A DNA stretch of 64,000 bases from Deltaproteobacteria bacterium (GTDB taxonomy: Bacteria > SAR324 > NAC60-12), in assembly GCA_038150265.1 (NCBI GenBank), contig JAYOTF010000008.1, positions 12,200-76,199 of the forward strand, in the 5' to 3' direction. Under the pieces are notes generated by a model. It saw only the letters and a program-made list of their open reading frames with translations, searched no databases and was not told where the DNA came from. Shown piece after piece: positions 47,899 to 58,181 of this stretch. Within the stretch, counting starts at the first letter, position 1; every line of letters starts with the position of its first letter. The position numbers and the translations under genes are program-made.

Positions 47899-48615
47899 TT
47901 ACTGATCCAGCAGCTCAATGGACTCGATGTAGGCCTTGGCATGCCGGCCGTTCTTTTCGTTGGTCTTCTGCACATCAATCTCAATGGTCAGGCCACTGAT
48001 TGGGGGCATGGCCTTGCCGAATTCCTGCTGGAAGAGCTGAGGCAGTTCGACCTCGGTGACAAAGGTGGTGTTGAGGCTGCCGTCACAGGGGATGCAGAAG
48101 TACCGCCCGCCCTTTTGCCAGTAATTGGCGACATAGGCCTGGTCGGGCCGTTCCTTTTCGCCAAGGAAGAAGCTCATGAAGTAGGGCAGGTCCGGAACAA
48201 AGCTGTTGCCGCTGTCGACCTTCTCATCGCCAAAGAACACCATCAGGGAGATGGGCTCGCGGGTGTTGCGGGTTTGGTCCCTGGGGCCACTCCAGTCGGC
48301 ACCGTCCGGATACTGCTCCACGCCCCAGCGGATGCGCAGGCGCTGAACCCCTTCAAGGTAGGCGCCTTCGTCAAACTGCCGGATCACCAGGCCCAGGTCG
48401 TCATCAGTGGGCTCCACCACGAAGCGTCCGTTTTCGAAGCGAGGGTTCATGCTGTCGATGTCTTCCTTGAACTCCCACCCTTGCTTCTGGAACCAGTCTT
48501 CCGGGTCTCCGGAGGCTTTGGAAAAATCGAGTGTCAGGCGGGAGTCCGCAAGGGCTCCGGAAGCGCCCAGAAGCAGCAAGGCAGTGAAGGCCAGGAGGGA
48601 TTTTCGTCGTTTCAT
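47899..48615 (-). CDS. DUF3047-like secreted protein
   Basis: Start set at MKRRKSLLAFTALLLLGASGALA (signal peptide). Beta-rich protein of about 239 aa. Confidence 0.55.
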   Translation of the reverse strand: MKRRKSLLAFTALLLLGASGALADSRLTLDFSKASGDPEDWFQKQGWEFKEDIDSMNPRFENGRFVVEPTDDDLGLVIRQFDEGAYLEGVQRLRIRWGVEQYPDGADWSGPRDQTRNTREPISLMVFFGDEKVDSGNSFVPDLPYFMSFFLGEKERPDQAYVANYWQKGGRYFCIPCDGSLNTTFVTEVELPQLFQQEFGKAMPPISGLTIEIDVQKTNEKNGRHAKAYIESIELLDQ

Positions 48616-48827
48616 ATCAGGTCGTCTGGAGGTCGGTGATGGGAGATGTGCCCTATTGGCGAACAACGTAACGCATTTCCTCTGGCACGCAAGCAAAAAT
48701 CAAGGCCCTGGCCTGTGCCGGGAAAGGGGGGCTCCGTGGGCTGACAATCGGAATTGCCCGTTGGGGCTGAGTAGGCTATGTTGACTCGATTGACATTTTG
48801 TTCCTGCCTCCATCCGAGATAACGGCG

Positions 48828-50036
48828 ATGACGGAAACCCGCTTTGAGACAATTGAAGAAGCCATAGAGGCCATCCGGAATGGTGAGATGGTCCTGATGG
48901 TGGACGACGCTGACCGGGAAAATGAGGGAGACCTCATCTGTGCAGCAGAGAAGGTGACCCCGGAAGTGATCAACTTCATGGCAAAGTACGCCCGTGGCCT
49001 CATCTGCATGCCCATCGATGAGGCGCGTTGCAAGCAGCTGGATCTGCCGCTGATGGTCTCGGAAAACACGTCCGGACACGGAACCAACTTTACGGTGACC
49101 ATTGAGGCCGCGACGGGGGTCTCGACCGGCATCTCTGCCGCAGACCGGGCCCGAACGGTTCAGGTCGCCATGTCTGCAGAAGCGGGCCCCAGTGACCTGC
49201 GGCGGCCGGGGCACATCTTTCCGCTCCTTGCTCAAGAAGGGGGGGTGCTCAAGCGCGCCGGGCACACCGAAGCCGCAGTGGATCTGGCCCGCATGGCCGG
49301 CTTCAAGCCCGGAGGCGTCATCTGCGAGGTCATGAATGACGATGGCTCCATGGCCCGGGTTCCGGAGCTGCGCCAGTTTGCCGACGACCACAACATCAAG
49401 CTGGTGACCATTGCGGACCTGATTCAGTACCGCAAGCGCCATGAGACGCTTGTGGACATCAAGGCGGAAGCCGTCTTGCCAACGCAGTGGGGCACCTTCC
49501 GCGTCATCGGCTTCCGGAGCCGCCTGGATGACAGCGACTACGTGGCCCTGGTCAAGGGAAGCTGGGAGCCCGAGGAGCCGGTGCTGGTTCGGGTCCACTC
49601 GGAGTGCCTGACCGGAGACGTGTTCGGCTCCTTCCGCTGCGACTGTGGTCCCCAGCTGCACGCGGCCATGGAGCTGGTGGAGCAAGAGGGCCGGGGGGTC
49701 ATCCTCTACCTGCCTCAGGAGGGCCGAGGCATTGGCCTGATGAACAAGATCCGGGCCTACCGGTTGCAGGAAGAAGGGGCAGACACCGTGGAGGCGAACA
49801 AGGAGCTGGGCTTTCAGCCCGACCTCCGGGATTACGGCCTGGGGGCTCAGATGCTCTTCATGCTTGGGGTGCGTCGCATGCGTCTGATGACGAACAACCC
49901 GCGGAAAATTGTCGGCATTCAGGGCCATGGCCTTGAGGTCGTGGAACGGGTGCCGCTTCAGACCCCGACCAACCCCAGCAACGAGGCCTACCTCCGTGCC
50001 AAGCAGAGCAAACTGGGGCACCTCCTGACCTTTTGA
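48828..50036 (+). CDS. ribBA: Bifunctional 3,4-dihydroxy-2-butanone-4-phosphate synthase / GTP cyclohydrolase II
   Basis: Start at ATG 48828 ([36 protein letters not shown], the RibB signature). C-terminal RibA half with zinc Cys motif ([15 protein letters not shown]). Confidence 0.9.
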   Translation: MTETRFETIEEAIEAIRNGEMVLMVDDADRENEGDLICAAEKVTPEVINFMAKYARGLICMPIDEARCKQLDLPLMVSENTSGHGTNFTVTIEAATGVSTGISAADRARTVQVAMSAEAGPSDLRRPGHIFPLLAQEGGVLKRAGHTEAAVDLARMAGFKPGGVICEVMNDDGSMARVPELRQFADDHNIKLVTIADLIQYRKRHETLVDIKAEAVLPTQWGTFRVIGFRSRLDDSDYVALVKGSWEPEEPVLVRVHSECLTGDVFGSFRCDCGPQLHAAMELVEQEGRGVILYLPQEGRGIGLMNKIRAYRLQEEGADTVEANKELGFQPDLRDYGLGAQMLFMLGVRRMRLMTNNPRKIVGIQGHGLEVVERVPLQTPTNPSNEAYLRAKQSKLGHLLTF

Positions 50037-50204
50037 AATGGCTTGATTGCTCAGGGATGCTGTGACAGGTTATGCACTTTGACTTTTTAGCGCCTTTGCA
50101 CCGAAACCTGTCCTTCAGTGTAGAGCGGTTGTTAAGGGACCGGCCTCTGGTGGGGTCGTCTCATGCGCTGCGCGATTCTTCGTTAATGTCCTAGGAGTTC
50201 CCGA

Positions 50205-51659
50205 ATGGAATTCATCACCGCCAAAGACCTCATCCCAATCATTCCGGAGATCATCCTCACTGTGGTGGCCCTGGCGGTCATGATGGCCGATCTGTTTGCT
50301 CCCAAGGAGCATCGAACCGATACCTTGGCGGTGGCAACGCTCGGCGGCTTCCTGCTCGCACTTTACGCGGAGTTTCAGCTTTACGGAACCAACGCCTCCG
50401 GTTTTTACGGAACCGTGGTGGCCGATGGGTACTCCATCCTCTTCGAAAGCATCTACCTGTTTGTGGGCATCCTGACGGTCCTCCTCTCGCGGCAGTACCT
50501 GGCCGACCACAACATGAATTACGGTGAGTACTACGTGCTGCTCATCAGCTCGGTCATTGGCATGATGTTCATGACCTCCAGCCTCGACCTGTTGGTCATC
50601 TTCATTGGCCTGGAGATCATGTCCATTTCCAGCTACATCCTGGTGGGCATGCGCCGCGGGGTGCCCCGCTCTGGCGAGGCGGCCCTGAAGTACCTCCTCC
50701 TGGGGGCCTTCTCCACCGGCTTCCTGCTCTACGGCTTCTCGCTGCTCTACGGAGCCACCGGCAGCACCTTGATTCCGGAAATCATTTACTCCCTTGGTCA
50801 GGAAGGCGCCGCGACCAATCCGCTGGCAATCGTCGGCGGCTCCATGATCATCATTGCCGTGGGCTTCAAGGTCGCGGTGGTGCCGTTTCACATGTGGACT
50901 CCAGACGTCTATTCGGGGGCTCCGACCCCGGTCACGGGCTTCATGTCTGCTGCCGCGAAGGCGGCAGGATTTGCCATGCTGGTGCGCATCCTGTTGACGG
51001 GCATGCCCATGGGTTCCGAAAACTGGAGCAACCTGCTCTGGCTGATTGCGGTCCTGACGATGACCATCGGCAACCTCATGGCCCTGCAGCAGAGTGACGT
51101 CAAGCGCATGCTGGCCTACTCGTCCATCGCCCACGCCGGCTACGTCATGGTCGCCGTGACGGTGGGGACGGATTCAGCCCTGAGCGGCATCCTCTTCTAC
51201 TCCTGCGCCTATGCCATCATGGGAACCGGAGCCTTCGGCATCCTGACGATCACCCGGCACGGCAAGGCACCGGAAACCTTTGACGACCTCGCCGGCTACG
51301 CCAAGCAGCGGCCCTTCCTGGCCTTCCTGATGGCGCTGTTCATGCTGTCGCTCATCGGACTGCCCCTGACCGGTGGCTTCACGGGCAAGCTGCAGATCTT
51401 CGGTTCTGCGCTGGAAGAAGGCTGGGTCTGGCTGACGGTCATTGGGCTGCTCAACAGCGGCCTCTCGGTCTACTACTACCTCCGGGTGATTGTGTACATG
51501 TACATGCGGGACGGTCATGCTCCTGCCACTGAAGACCTGCGGCAGCCTTCCGGGTTTGCCATTGCTGGCCTGATCGGCTCCGCGGTTGCGGTCCTCTACC
51601 TCGGGATCTTCCCGGAAACCTTCATGGAGTTGGCCGCCCTTTCGGTCCGAGGCCTCTAA
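50205..51659 (+). CDS. nuoN: NADH-quinone oxidoreductase subunit N-like antiporter-type membrane protein (NuoN/Nqo14 family), orphan
   Basis: 484 aa, about 14 TM helices. Proton-antiporter-like fold with conserved Lys/Glu pattern. No other nuo genes are adjacent. Confidence 0.75.
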   Translation: MEFITAKDLIPIIPEIILTVVALAVMMADLFAPKEHRTDTLAVATLGGFLLALYAEFQLYGTNASGFYGTVVADGYSILFESIYLFVGILTVLLSRQYLADHNMNYGEYYVLLISSVIGMMFMTSSLDLLVIFIGLEIMSISSYILVGMRRGVPRSGEAALKYLLLGAFSTGFLLYGFSLLYGATGSTLIPEIIYSLGQEGAATNPLAIVGGSMIIIAVGFKVAVVPFHMWTPDVYSGAPTPVTGFMSAAAKAAGFAMLVRILLTGMPMGSENWSNLLWLIAVLTMTIGNLMALQQSDVKRMLAYSSIAHAGYVMVAVTVGTDSALSGILFYSCAYAIMGTGAFGILTITRHGKAPETFDDLAGYAKQRPFLAFLMALFMLSLIGLPLTGGFTGKLQIFGSALEEGWVWLTVIGLLNSGLSVYYYLRVIVYMYMRDGHAPATEDLRQPSGFAIAGLIGSAVAVLYLGIFPETFMELAALSVRGL

Positions 51660-51725
51660 GCCTCTCCCCCTTCGGAGGCGCAAGCCTCCTCCCGCCGCAC
51701 GTCACACTTATTGCATGGAGCGCCA

Positions 51726-52112
51726 ATGCCTGCAGTGCGTCGAGGATTCAGTCTGATGGAAGTCATGATCGTTGTGGTCATCATCGGAATCCTGGCAACC
51801 CTGGCCTATCCCAGTTTGGAGGGCTACTTGCTCCGCACACGGCAATCGGAAGCTCAGGCAACCCTCAGTGCCATACACACGGCCCAGAAGATTCATCATG
51901 CGATGAATCAGACATACGCCTCCGCCCTCTCTGAACTCGATGTGGAAATCGACAGTGGGGCGACTTACACGTATACGTTGCCGACAGCAACCGGATCGAC
52001 CTTTACGGCTCAGGCGACCGCAAACCTGGATGATGATGCGGCCATTGATACCTGGACCATTGACCAGAACAAAACGCTTCAAAACACGATTAATGACATT
52101 ACCACAGATTGA
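51726..52112 (+). CDS. Type IV pilin-like protein (prepilin with class III signal peptide)
   Basis: Leader MPAVRRG followed by FSLMEVMIVVVIIGILATLAYPS (the G|F-x-L-x-E prepilin peptidase site). 128-aa product with a Thr/Ala-rich variable C-terminal region. Confidence 0.75.
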   Translation: MPAVRRGFSLMEVMIVVVIIGILATLAYPSLEGYLLRTRQSEAQATLSAIHTAQKIHHAMNQTYASALSELDVEIDSGATYTYTLPTATGSTFTAQATANLDDDAAIDTWTIDQNKTLQNTINDITTD

Positions 52113-53529
52113 GCGCCGCCTCTCAGGGCTGCTGGTACTGGTCGCACTTTGGGTCCTCGGAGGGTGCTCCCCGACTCGAATCTACTACAGCGCTCCTCCG
52201 GAGTCCTCGGCCCTGGTGGGCATCAGCGGCATTCACGTCGACCGCTTCACCGGACAGAACGCCGCCCTGTTCCGGGAGGTCCTCCGGCAGGAAGTTCGCG
52301 AAGATCCTTACTTTGAGCCGGTTCCCGACTTTCCGGAAGCAGGCACCTCTGGCGTGGCCGTCCTCGATGGCACCGTCAAGCTCCACTCGATTCGCGATGA
52401 AGAGGAGCGGCGCAACGAGACTCAGCTGACACTGGCGGAAAGCCGGATCAAGCAGCAACAAAGCTCCGGAGATGCGATCACCAAGCAGGCCTTCGAGTTT
52501 GTGGAGATTCCGAAGCAGGAGCGCATCATTCACCGGACGCTTGACCTGGAGCTGGAGCTGACCCTGCGGCGTCCGGATGGTGCGGTGCTGGATGTGCAGC
52601 TGGAGAAGGTGAGCTTTCAGCAAAGTTACAGTGGTGCCGAGAGCATCCTCCTCATTCCGGCGGCTGAAGACGAAATGACCCGGCTGGGCAAGCTGGCGTT
52701 CCGGCGGGTGCTGCAACGGCTGCGTCCGGTTGCGCGAAACCGCATCGTTGAGCTGGAAACAGGACGGCATCAGCGCGCCTGGAGCTTGGGCCTGGTTGAT
52801 GGAGAGCACCCCCAGATTGCTGCCGGAGTGGAGTATGCTGCCAACGGAGACTACGATCAGGCGATCAAGCGCTGGAACTACTTCCTCTTTGAGCCGCAAG
52901 CCTACGAGCTGGATACCCTGTTCCGCTTCAGCGATGAGGCGTATGTGCAGATGAAGGCCGCCAAGCTGCCGCGAGACGTCCTCAAGAACCTCCTCCGCCT
53001 GCACAAGCAGACCTTTTCTCAGGAGCAGATCGACACCGCCTTGCTCCGGCAGCTCTCCCGCAGAGACTTCATGCTCTACGGTGGCATCGTCAAGGCCCAC
53101 ACCCGGGTCTCCAGCTCCTGGGAGCCGCTCAACCTCGCAGCCGCCCACTACGACCTCGGTGTGGTGTATGAGATGCGGGGCGAACCGGAACTCGCGGCCT
53201 ACCACTTTGCTCAAGCCAACGCGTACCGTCCGAATGAGAAGTACGCCCAGGCCTGGACCGACATGCAGCACGCCATGGGCGACTACAACCCGCTTGACAC
53301 AATGATGGAGCGGACGATTGAAGCCGCCGGCAAGGCCCCTCCTCCGGACAAGGCCATGGTGCAGGCGGTGCGCCTTGAAGACCGCAAGATGCGCCTTGAA
53401 GAAGTGGAGCAGGTGCAGCAGGCGGAAGAAGAGCAGGTGCTGGAGCCCGTCGAGTTGCCCCTTCTTGATGAAGCAACGGAACGTGTGGACCTACAACCGG
53501 CAGACATGCCCCCCTTGCAACTGGACTGA
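52093..53529 (+). CDS. Lipoprotein with TPR-like region (hypothetical)
   Basis: Start at ATG 52093 (MTLPQIERRLSGLLVLVALWVLGGC|SPT, a lipobox), overlapping the pilin stop. TPR-like segment (AAHYDLGVVYEMRGEPELAAYHFAQANAYRPNEKYAQAW). About 478 aa. Confidence 0.55.
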   Translation: MTLPQIERRLSGLLVLVALWVLGGCSPTRIYYSAPPESSALVGISGIHVDRFTGQNAALFREVLRQEVREDPYFEPVPDFPEAGTSGVAVLDGTVKLHSIRDEEERRNETQLTLAESRIKQQQSSGDAITKQAFEFVEIPKQERIIHRTLDLELELTLRRPDGAVLDVQLEKVSFQQSYSGAESILLIPAAEDEMTRLGKLAFRRVLQRLRPVARNRIVELETGRHQRAWSLGLVDGEHPQIAAGVEYAANGDYDQAIKRWNYFLFEPQAYELDTLFRFSDEAYVQMKAAKLPRDVLKNLLRLHKQTFSQEQIDTALLRQLSRRDFMLYGGIVKAHTRVSSSWEPLNLAAAHYDLGVVYEMRGEPELAAYHFAQANAYRPNEKYAQAWTDMQHAMGDYNPLDTMMERTIEAAGKAPPPDKAMVQAVRLEDRKMRLEEVEQVQQAEEEQVLEPVELPLLDEATERVDLQPADMPPLQLD

Positions 53530-53538
53530 AGCCGTCTC

Positions 53539-54702
53539 ATGAAAGTTTTTCTCCTGAGCCTCTGCTGGCTGATGCTGGCAGGACTGAATCCCGCCCTGCA
53601 GGCCGCTGAAGTGGAAGCCTCCGGGGCCGCCACCATTTACGGAAGCAACACCGCGAGCGCGCGTGACCAGGCCCTCAAGAATGCGCTGCGTCAGGCGGTG
53701 GAACAGGGCGTCGGGACCCTGATCGACTCCAACACCCTGGCGGTCAACTACGAGGTCATCCGAGACGAGATCTACAGCAGCAGCCAGGGGTACGTCACCG
53801 AGTACGAGATCCTTCAGGAAGGAGTCAGCAGCGACGGCACCTCGTTTGAGGTCCGCATCCGGGCCCAGGTCTCTGAAGGGAAGATCGAGGACAAGCTGAC
53901 CGCCCTCCGCATCCTCCACCAGAAAATGGGAAGCAAGCGCCTGATGGTCCTCTACCAGGGCCGTGACCCGCATGCGCTTCCGGAAGACAACAGCGCGGTC
54001 TCCCAGACCCTCGGAACCATCCGCAACGAGATGAACCAAGCGGGCTTCCGGATCTTCAATGAGCAGCAGACCCAGCAGGTGAGCCGCGCCATTGAACAGG
54101 CTGCGGGCGTGAACCGCTCCACGGAGTTGCTGATTGCGGCGGCACTCGACCAGCAAGCCGAGATTGTCCTCCGGGTGGAAGTCATCGGAGGCAAGAAGGA
54201 CGAAAAAGGCGGACTCTTCTGGGTGACTCGGGCGCTGGTTCGCCTTGAGGCCTTCGATACCTCGACCGGCCGGCAGATCGCGGACGCCGCAGTGGAAGGA
54301 AAAGAGCTGGCTGCCAACCCTCCCGGTCCCTACGACTGGCTCCGGATGCTTTCCAAAGCTGGCGAACGGGCCGGGCAGGACGTCTCCCGACAGGCCATTG
54401 ATCAGATTGCCCGCTACTACCAGCGGCTTGATGACCAGGGATTTGCCTACCAGCTGATCTTTCGGGACTTCAGCTTTGAGCAGGAGGACCAGATCATTGA
54501 TTACCTCGAAGGCACTCCGGGCTTCAAGCAGCTCAAGGAACTTCAGAACACCAGCAAGTACCTCGAACTGGAGCTCTTCTCTACTGAGGAAAAAAGCCGG
54601 CTGCGTCGCCAGATTCGCCGGGACCTGCTGGAGCAGGAAATTGAAGTTGCCGTCCAGTCGGTTTCTGGAAACCGGATGGTGTTCCTGAACCCGAACCCCT
54701 GA
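53539..54702 (+). CDS. Secreted protein with N-terminal LPP20/FlgP/FlgT_N-like (CsgG-clan) domain
   Basis: 387 aa. Signal peptide. N-terminal pattern (GAATIYGSNTASARDQALKNALRQAVEQGVGTLIDSNTLAVNYEVIRDEIYSSSQGYVTEYEIL...FEVRIRAQV) closely mirrors LPP20/FlgP-type domains. Starts 10 nt after the TPR lipoprotein gene. Confidence 0.55.
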   Translation: MKVFLLSLCWLMLAGLNPALQAAEVEASGAATIYGSNTASARDQALKNALRQAVEQGVGTLIDSNTLAVNYEVIRDEIYSSSQGYVTEYEILQEGVSSDGTSFEVRIRAQVSEGKIEDKLTALRILHQKMGSKRLMVLYQGRDPHALPEDNSAVSQTLGTIRNEMNQAGFRIFNEQQTQQVSRAIEQAAGVNRSTELLIAAALDQQAEIVLRVEVIGGKKDEKGGLFWVTRALVRLEAFDTSTGRQIADAAVEGKELAANPPGPYDWLRMLSKAGERAGQDVSRQAIDQIARYYQRLDDQGFAYQLIFRDFSFEQEDQIIDYLEGTPGFKQLKELQNTSKYLELELFSTEEKSRLRRQIRRDLLEQEIEVAVQSVSGNRMVFLNPNP

Positions 54703-54722
54703 CCTGGAGCTGTGGCTCCGGA

Positions 54723-56120
54723 ATGCTCACTGCCCCCCGGGTTTCCCCTGAGGGGCTTCCCTCCTCGTCCTTGACCGTGAAGCGCGTCTCCTTTCAAACC
54801 CTGGGGTGCCGACTGAACCAGTCGGAGACCGAAGTCCTTGCTCGGAGCCTGGTGCAGCAGGGCTGGCAGGTGGTTCCTGAAGCGGAACCTGCGGACCTCT
54901 GTGTGGTCAACACCTGCACCGTGACCGAACACAGCGACGCCAAGAACCGGCAGGCGATCCGGGCCCTGAAGCGTCGGAATCCCGGAGCCGCGGTGGCCGT
55001 GGTGGGGTGCTATGCGCAGATGGCTCCAGACGAAGTGGCCGCAATTGACGGAGTCCAGCTCGTGATTGGAAATGCCGACAAGCTTCGGCTCAGCGAGTTC
55101 CTGCCGCAGGCCCTGGCGCAGGAGGCCCCCCTGGTGGTGAAGGAGAAGATCGCCCGCCACACCTTTGAGGCGCCCGTGGTGCCGCTCCTTGCGGAGGGAC
55201 CGGAGCCGTCGCGTTCCGGAGGGGCTGGGGTGTTCCGAACCCGTGCCTCGCTCAAGGTGCAGGACGGATGTGACTTCATGTGCAGCTTCTGCATCATTCC
55301 CTTTGCCCGTGGGCGGTCTCGGTCTCGCGATTTTGGGAACCTGCAGGAGGAAGCGCGCCTGCTGGTGGAGCAGGAGCAGGTGCGGGAGCTGATCCTGACG
55401 GGGGTCAACGTGGGCACCTACGCGACCTCTGAAAAGACGCTGCTGGAGGTCATTGACTTCCTCCAGGGCCTGCCAGAGCTGGCCCGGATCCGCATCAGCT
55501 CGATTGAGCCGACCACGGTTCCGGAGGTGCTGCTCGAATACATGGCCGACCCGCAGCACAAGCTGGTGCCCTTCCTTCACCTTCCGTTGCAGTCAGGCTC
55601 CACCAAGGTACTGGCTGAGATGAAGCGCCGCTACACCGCCACCGAGTATGCCGATGAGGTCCTCCGGGCGTTTGAGCGGGTTCCGGACCTGTGCATTGGG
55701 ACCGATGTGATGGTGGGCTTTCCGGGGGAATCGGAGGCGGAGTTTGAGGAAACCCGGACCCTGCTCACCGAGCTGCCCATCCACTACTTCCACGTCTTTC
55801 CCTTCTCTGAACGCGCTGGAACCCCGGCGTTTCGGCGGACCGACCTGGTGCCTCCGGAACAGAAGCAGCGCCGCAGCGAACTCCTTAGGGACCTGAGCCG
55901 CCGCAAGCGTCGCTTGTTTCAGGAGCGCTTCCTGGGCACCACCCGAGAGGTGCTGCTCGAAGCCCCGCGCCCAGACGGCCGCATCAGCGGTTTGACCGAC
56001 AACTACCTCCGCGTGCACCTGCATCCGGACGCAGGCCCCCTGCCGCCTGCCAATCAGTTGGTGCCGGTCTGCCTGCAAGCGGTCGAAAAATCCGGAATTT
56101 CCGGAACGCTGTCCGCCTGA
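54723..56120 (+). CDS. mtaB: tRNA methylthiotransferase, MtaB/RimO-like (radical SAM MiaB family)
   Basis: MTTase N-terminal domain with 3 Cys (FQTLGCRLNQSE...VNTCTV). Radical-SAM motif (CDFMCSFCIIP). TRAM-like C-terminus. The true start may be the in-frame GTG at 54777. Confidence 0.8.
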   Translation: MLTAPRVSPEGLPSSSLTVKRVSFQTLGCRLNQSETEVLARSLVQQGWQVVPEAEPADLCVVNTCTVTEHSDAKNRQAIRALKRRNPGAAVAVVGCYAQMAPDEVAAIDGVQLVIGNADKLRLSEFLPQALAQEAPLVVKEKIARHTFEAPVVPLLAEGPEPSRSGGAGVFRTRASLKVQDGCDFMCSFCIIPFARGRSRSRDFGNLQEEARLLVEQEQVRELILTGVNVGTYATSEKTLLEVIDFLQGLPELARIRISSIEPTTVPEVLLEYMADPQHKLVPFLHLPLQSGSTKVLAEMKRRYTATEYADEVLRAFERVPDLCIGTDVMVGFPGESEAEFEETRTLLTELPIHYFHVFPFSERAGTPAFRRTDLVPPEQKQRRSELLRDLSRRKRRLFQERFLGTTREVLLEAPRPDGRISGLTDNYLRVHLHPDAGPLPPANQLVPVCLQAVEKSGISGTLSA

Positions 56121-56231
56121 CCTCCCGCCCCTCGCCGCAGTTCGCGCTTCTCCGGAAAACTCTTTGAGCTTTCCCGGGGAACCTAATAGAATGCGAACGT
56201 TTCGGCGGCAAACCTTATATTTTTGAGATAG

Positions 56232-56888
<657 letters not shown>

Positions 56889-56948
56889 GCCGCTCCTTTT
56901 GCTCTCAGGCGTCCGGAGCCTCCGGACGTCTCCGCCAGAGCCTGCCTG

Positions 56949-58181
56949 ATGCCGCACGACGACATCCGGATGCGGGGCTTTCTGCGGCGGACTTCCCTTT
57001 CAGATGCGCTCCTCCTGCTGGAGCCGCATAGCCTTCCCCTTGAAGCAGAAGCGGTTCCGGTCGAACAGGCGTGGGGACGCGTGCTTGCCGAACCGCTGAC
57101 GGCTCCGATCAACGTTCCTCATTTTCACCGTGCTGCCATGGACGGGTATGCCGTCCACGGAGAAGATACCTTTGGCGCCGGTCGTTACCAGCCCCTGCCG
57201 CTTCAGGTGCGGGGGCAATCGCTCCCGGGTCGTCCGTTTGTGGGAACCGTCCAGAGGGGCGAGGCGGTGCAGATCATGACGGGTGCCCCGCTTCCGGAAG
57301 GCACCAATGCCGTCTTGCCAGCCGAGTGTACCGAGCAAATCGGCGACCTGGTCAACGCGCTGGAAGCCGTCCCGCCCTGGCGACACGTCAGCCGCATTGG
57401 AGAGGACCTGAAAGCAGGAGGCCCGTTGCTTCCGGAAGCACGACGGCTGAGGCCTCAGGACCTGGCGTTGCTGGCGTCGGTAGGCCAGACCTCGGTCCTG
57501 GTACGGCGCCGTCCGACGGTGGACCTACTGACAACGGGCTCCGAACTGCTTCCGCCGGGAAGGGCTCCGGACGGTCCTCAAATTGTGGACAGCAACTCGG
57601 TGATGCTCCCGCCACTGGTGGAGCGCGACGGCGGGGTCTTGCTCCGAAGGGTTCGTCTTCCAGATGATCGAGCGTCTCTCCGAGCGGCGTTGCAGGAGTC
57701 GGAGGCGGATGTTGTGCTGGTCACCGGCGGCACCTCGGTTGGCGTGGAAGATCAGGCGCCTGCGCTGGTTGCCGAGTTGGGAACGCTGCTCATGCATGGC
57801 CTCTCGCTGAAACCGGCCGCCCCGACGGGCTTTGGCCGCATGGGAACGCGTCGGGTGTTTCTGCTTCCAGGCAATCCGGTGTCTTGCTTCTGTGCGTACG
57901 ACTGCCTCGTGGCCCAGACCCTCCGAAAACTGGGCGGCCGGTCGCCAGAAGGTCCGTATCGGGCGCAGAGCGTGCGGTTGCAGACAAAGGTGGCCTCGCA
58001 AATTGGCCGTGCCGAGTACGTTCGCCTTCGGGTGGAGGGAACGGACGCGTTTGTGGTGGCGTCCGGAGGCGCGTCGATTCTTTCCTCAACCACCCGCGCG
58101 GATGCCTTCTTTCTGACAGAAGAACAGTCGGAGGGGCACGCCGTGGGAGAGTGGATCACGGTGTGGAGGTACGACGCGTGA
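56949..58181 (+). CDS. moeA: Molybdopterin molybdotransferase MoeA
   Basis: 410 aa. MoeA N-terminal, MoCF-biosynthesis (GGTSVG) and C-terminal domains. Confidence 0.85.
   Translation: MPHDDIRMRGFLRRTSLSDALLLLEPHSLPLEAEAVPVEQAWGRVLAEPLTAPINVPHFHRAAMDGYAVHGEDTFGAGRYQPLPLQVRGQSLPGRPFVGTVQRGEAVQIMTGAPLPEGTNAVLPAECTEQIGDLVNALEAVPPWRHVSRIGEDLKAGGPLLPEARRLRPQDLALLASVGQTSVLVRRRPTVDLLTTGSELLPPGRAPDGPQIVDSNSVMLPPLVERDGGVLLRRVRLPDDRASLRAALQESEADVVLVTGGTSVGVEDQAPALVAELGTLLMHGLSLKPAAPTGFGRMGTRRVFLLPGNPVSCFCAYDCLVAQTLRKLGGRSPEGPYRAQSVRLQTKVASQIGRAEYVRLRVEGTDAFVVASGGASILSSTTRADAFFLTEEQSEGHAVGEWITVWRYDA

Noticed and set aside
48616-48827. Possible FMN riboswitch upstream of ribBA
   Set aside because: The leader is long (about 210 nt) and contains ggaattgcc / gctgacaatc fragments vaguely reminiscent of RFN elements. 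The conserved blocks (GGTGAAATTCC ... CCGACAGT ... GTCTGGATG) are not recognisably present. A covariance-model search (Rfam RF00050) would be decisive.
50037-50204. 8-bp inverted repeat GACAGGTT...AACCTGTC (about 37-nt spacing) between ribBA and nuoN
   Set aside because: Arms are short and the spacer is long. It could be a weak terminator or attenuator, but there is no U-tract and no supporting conservation.
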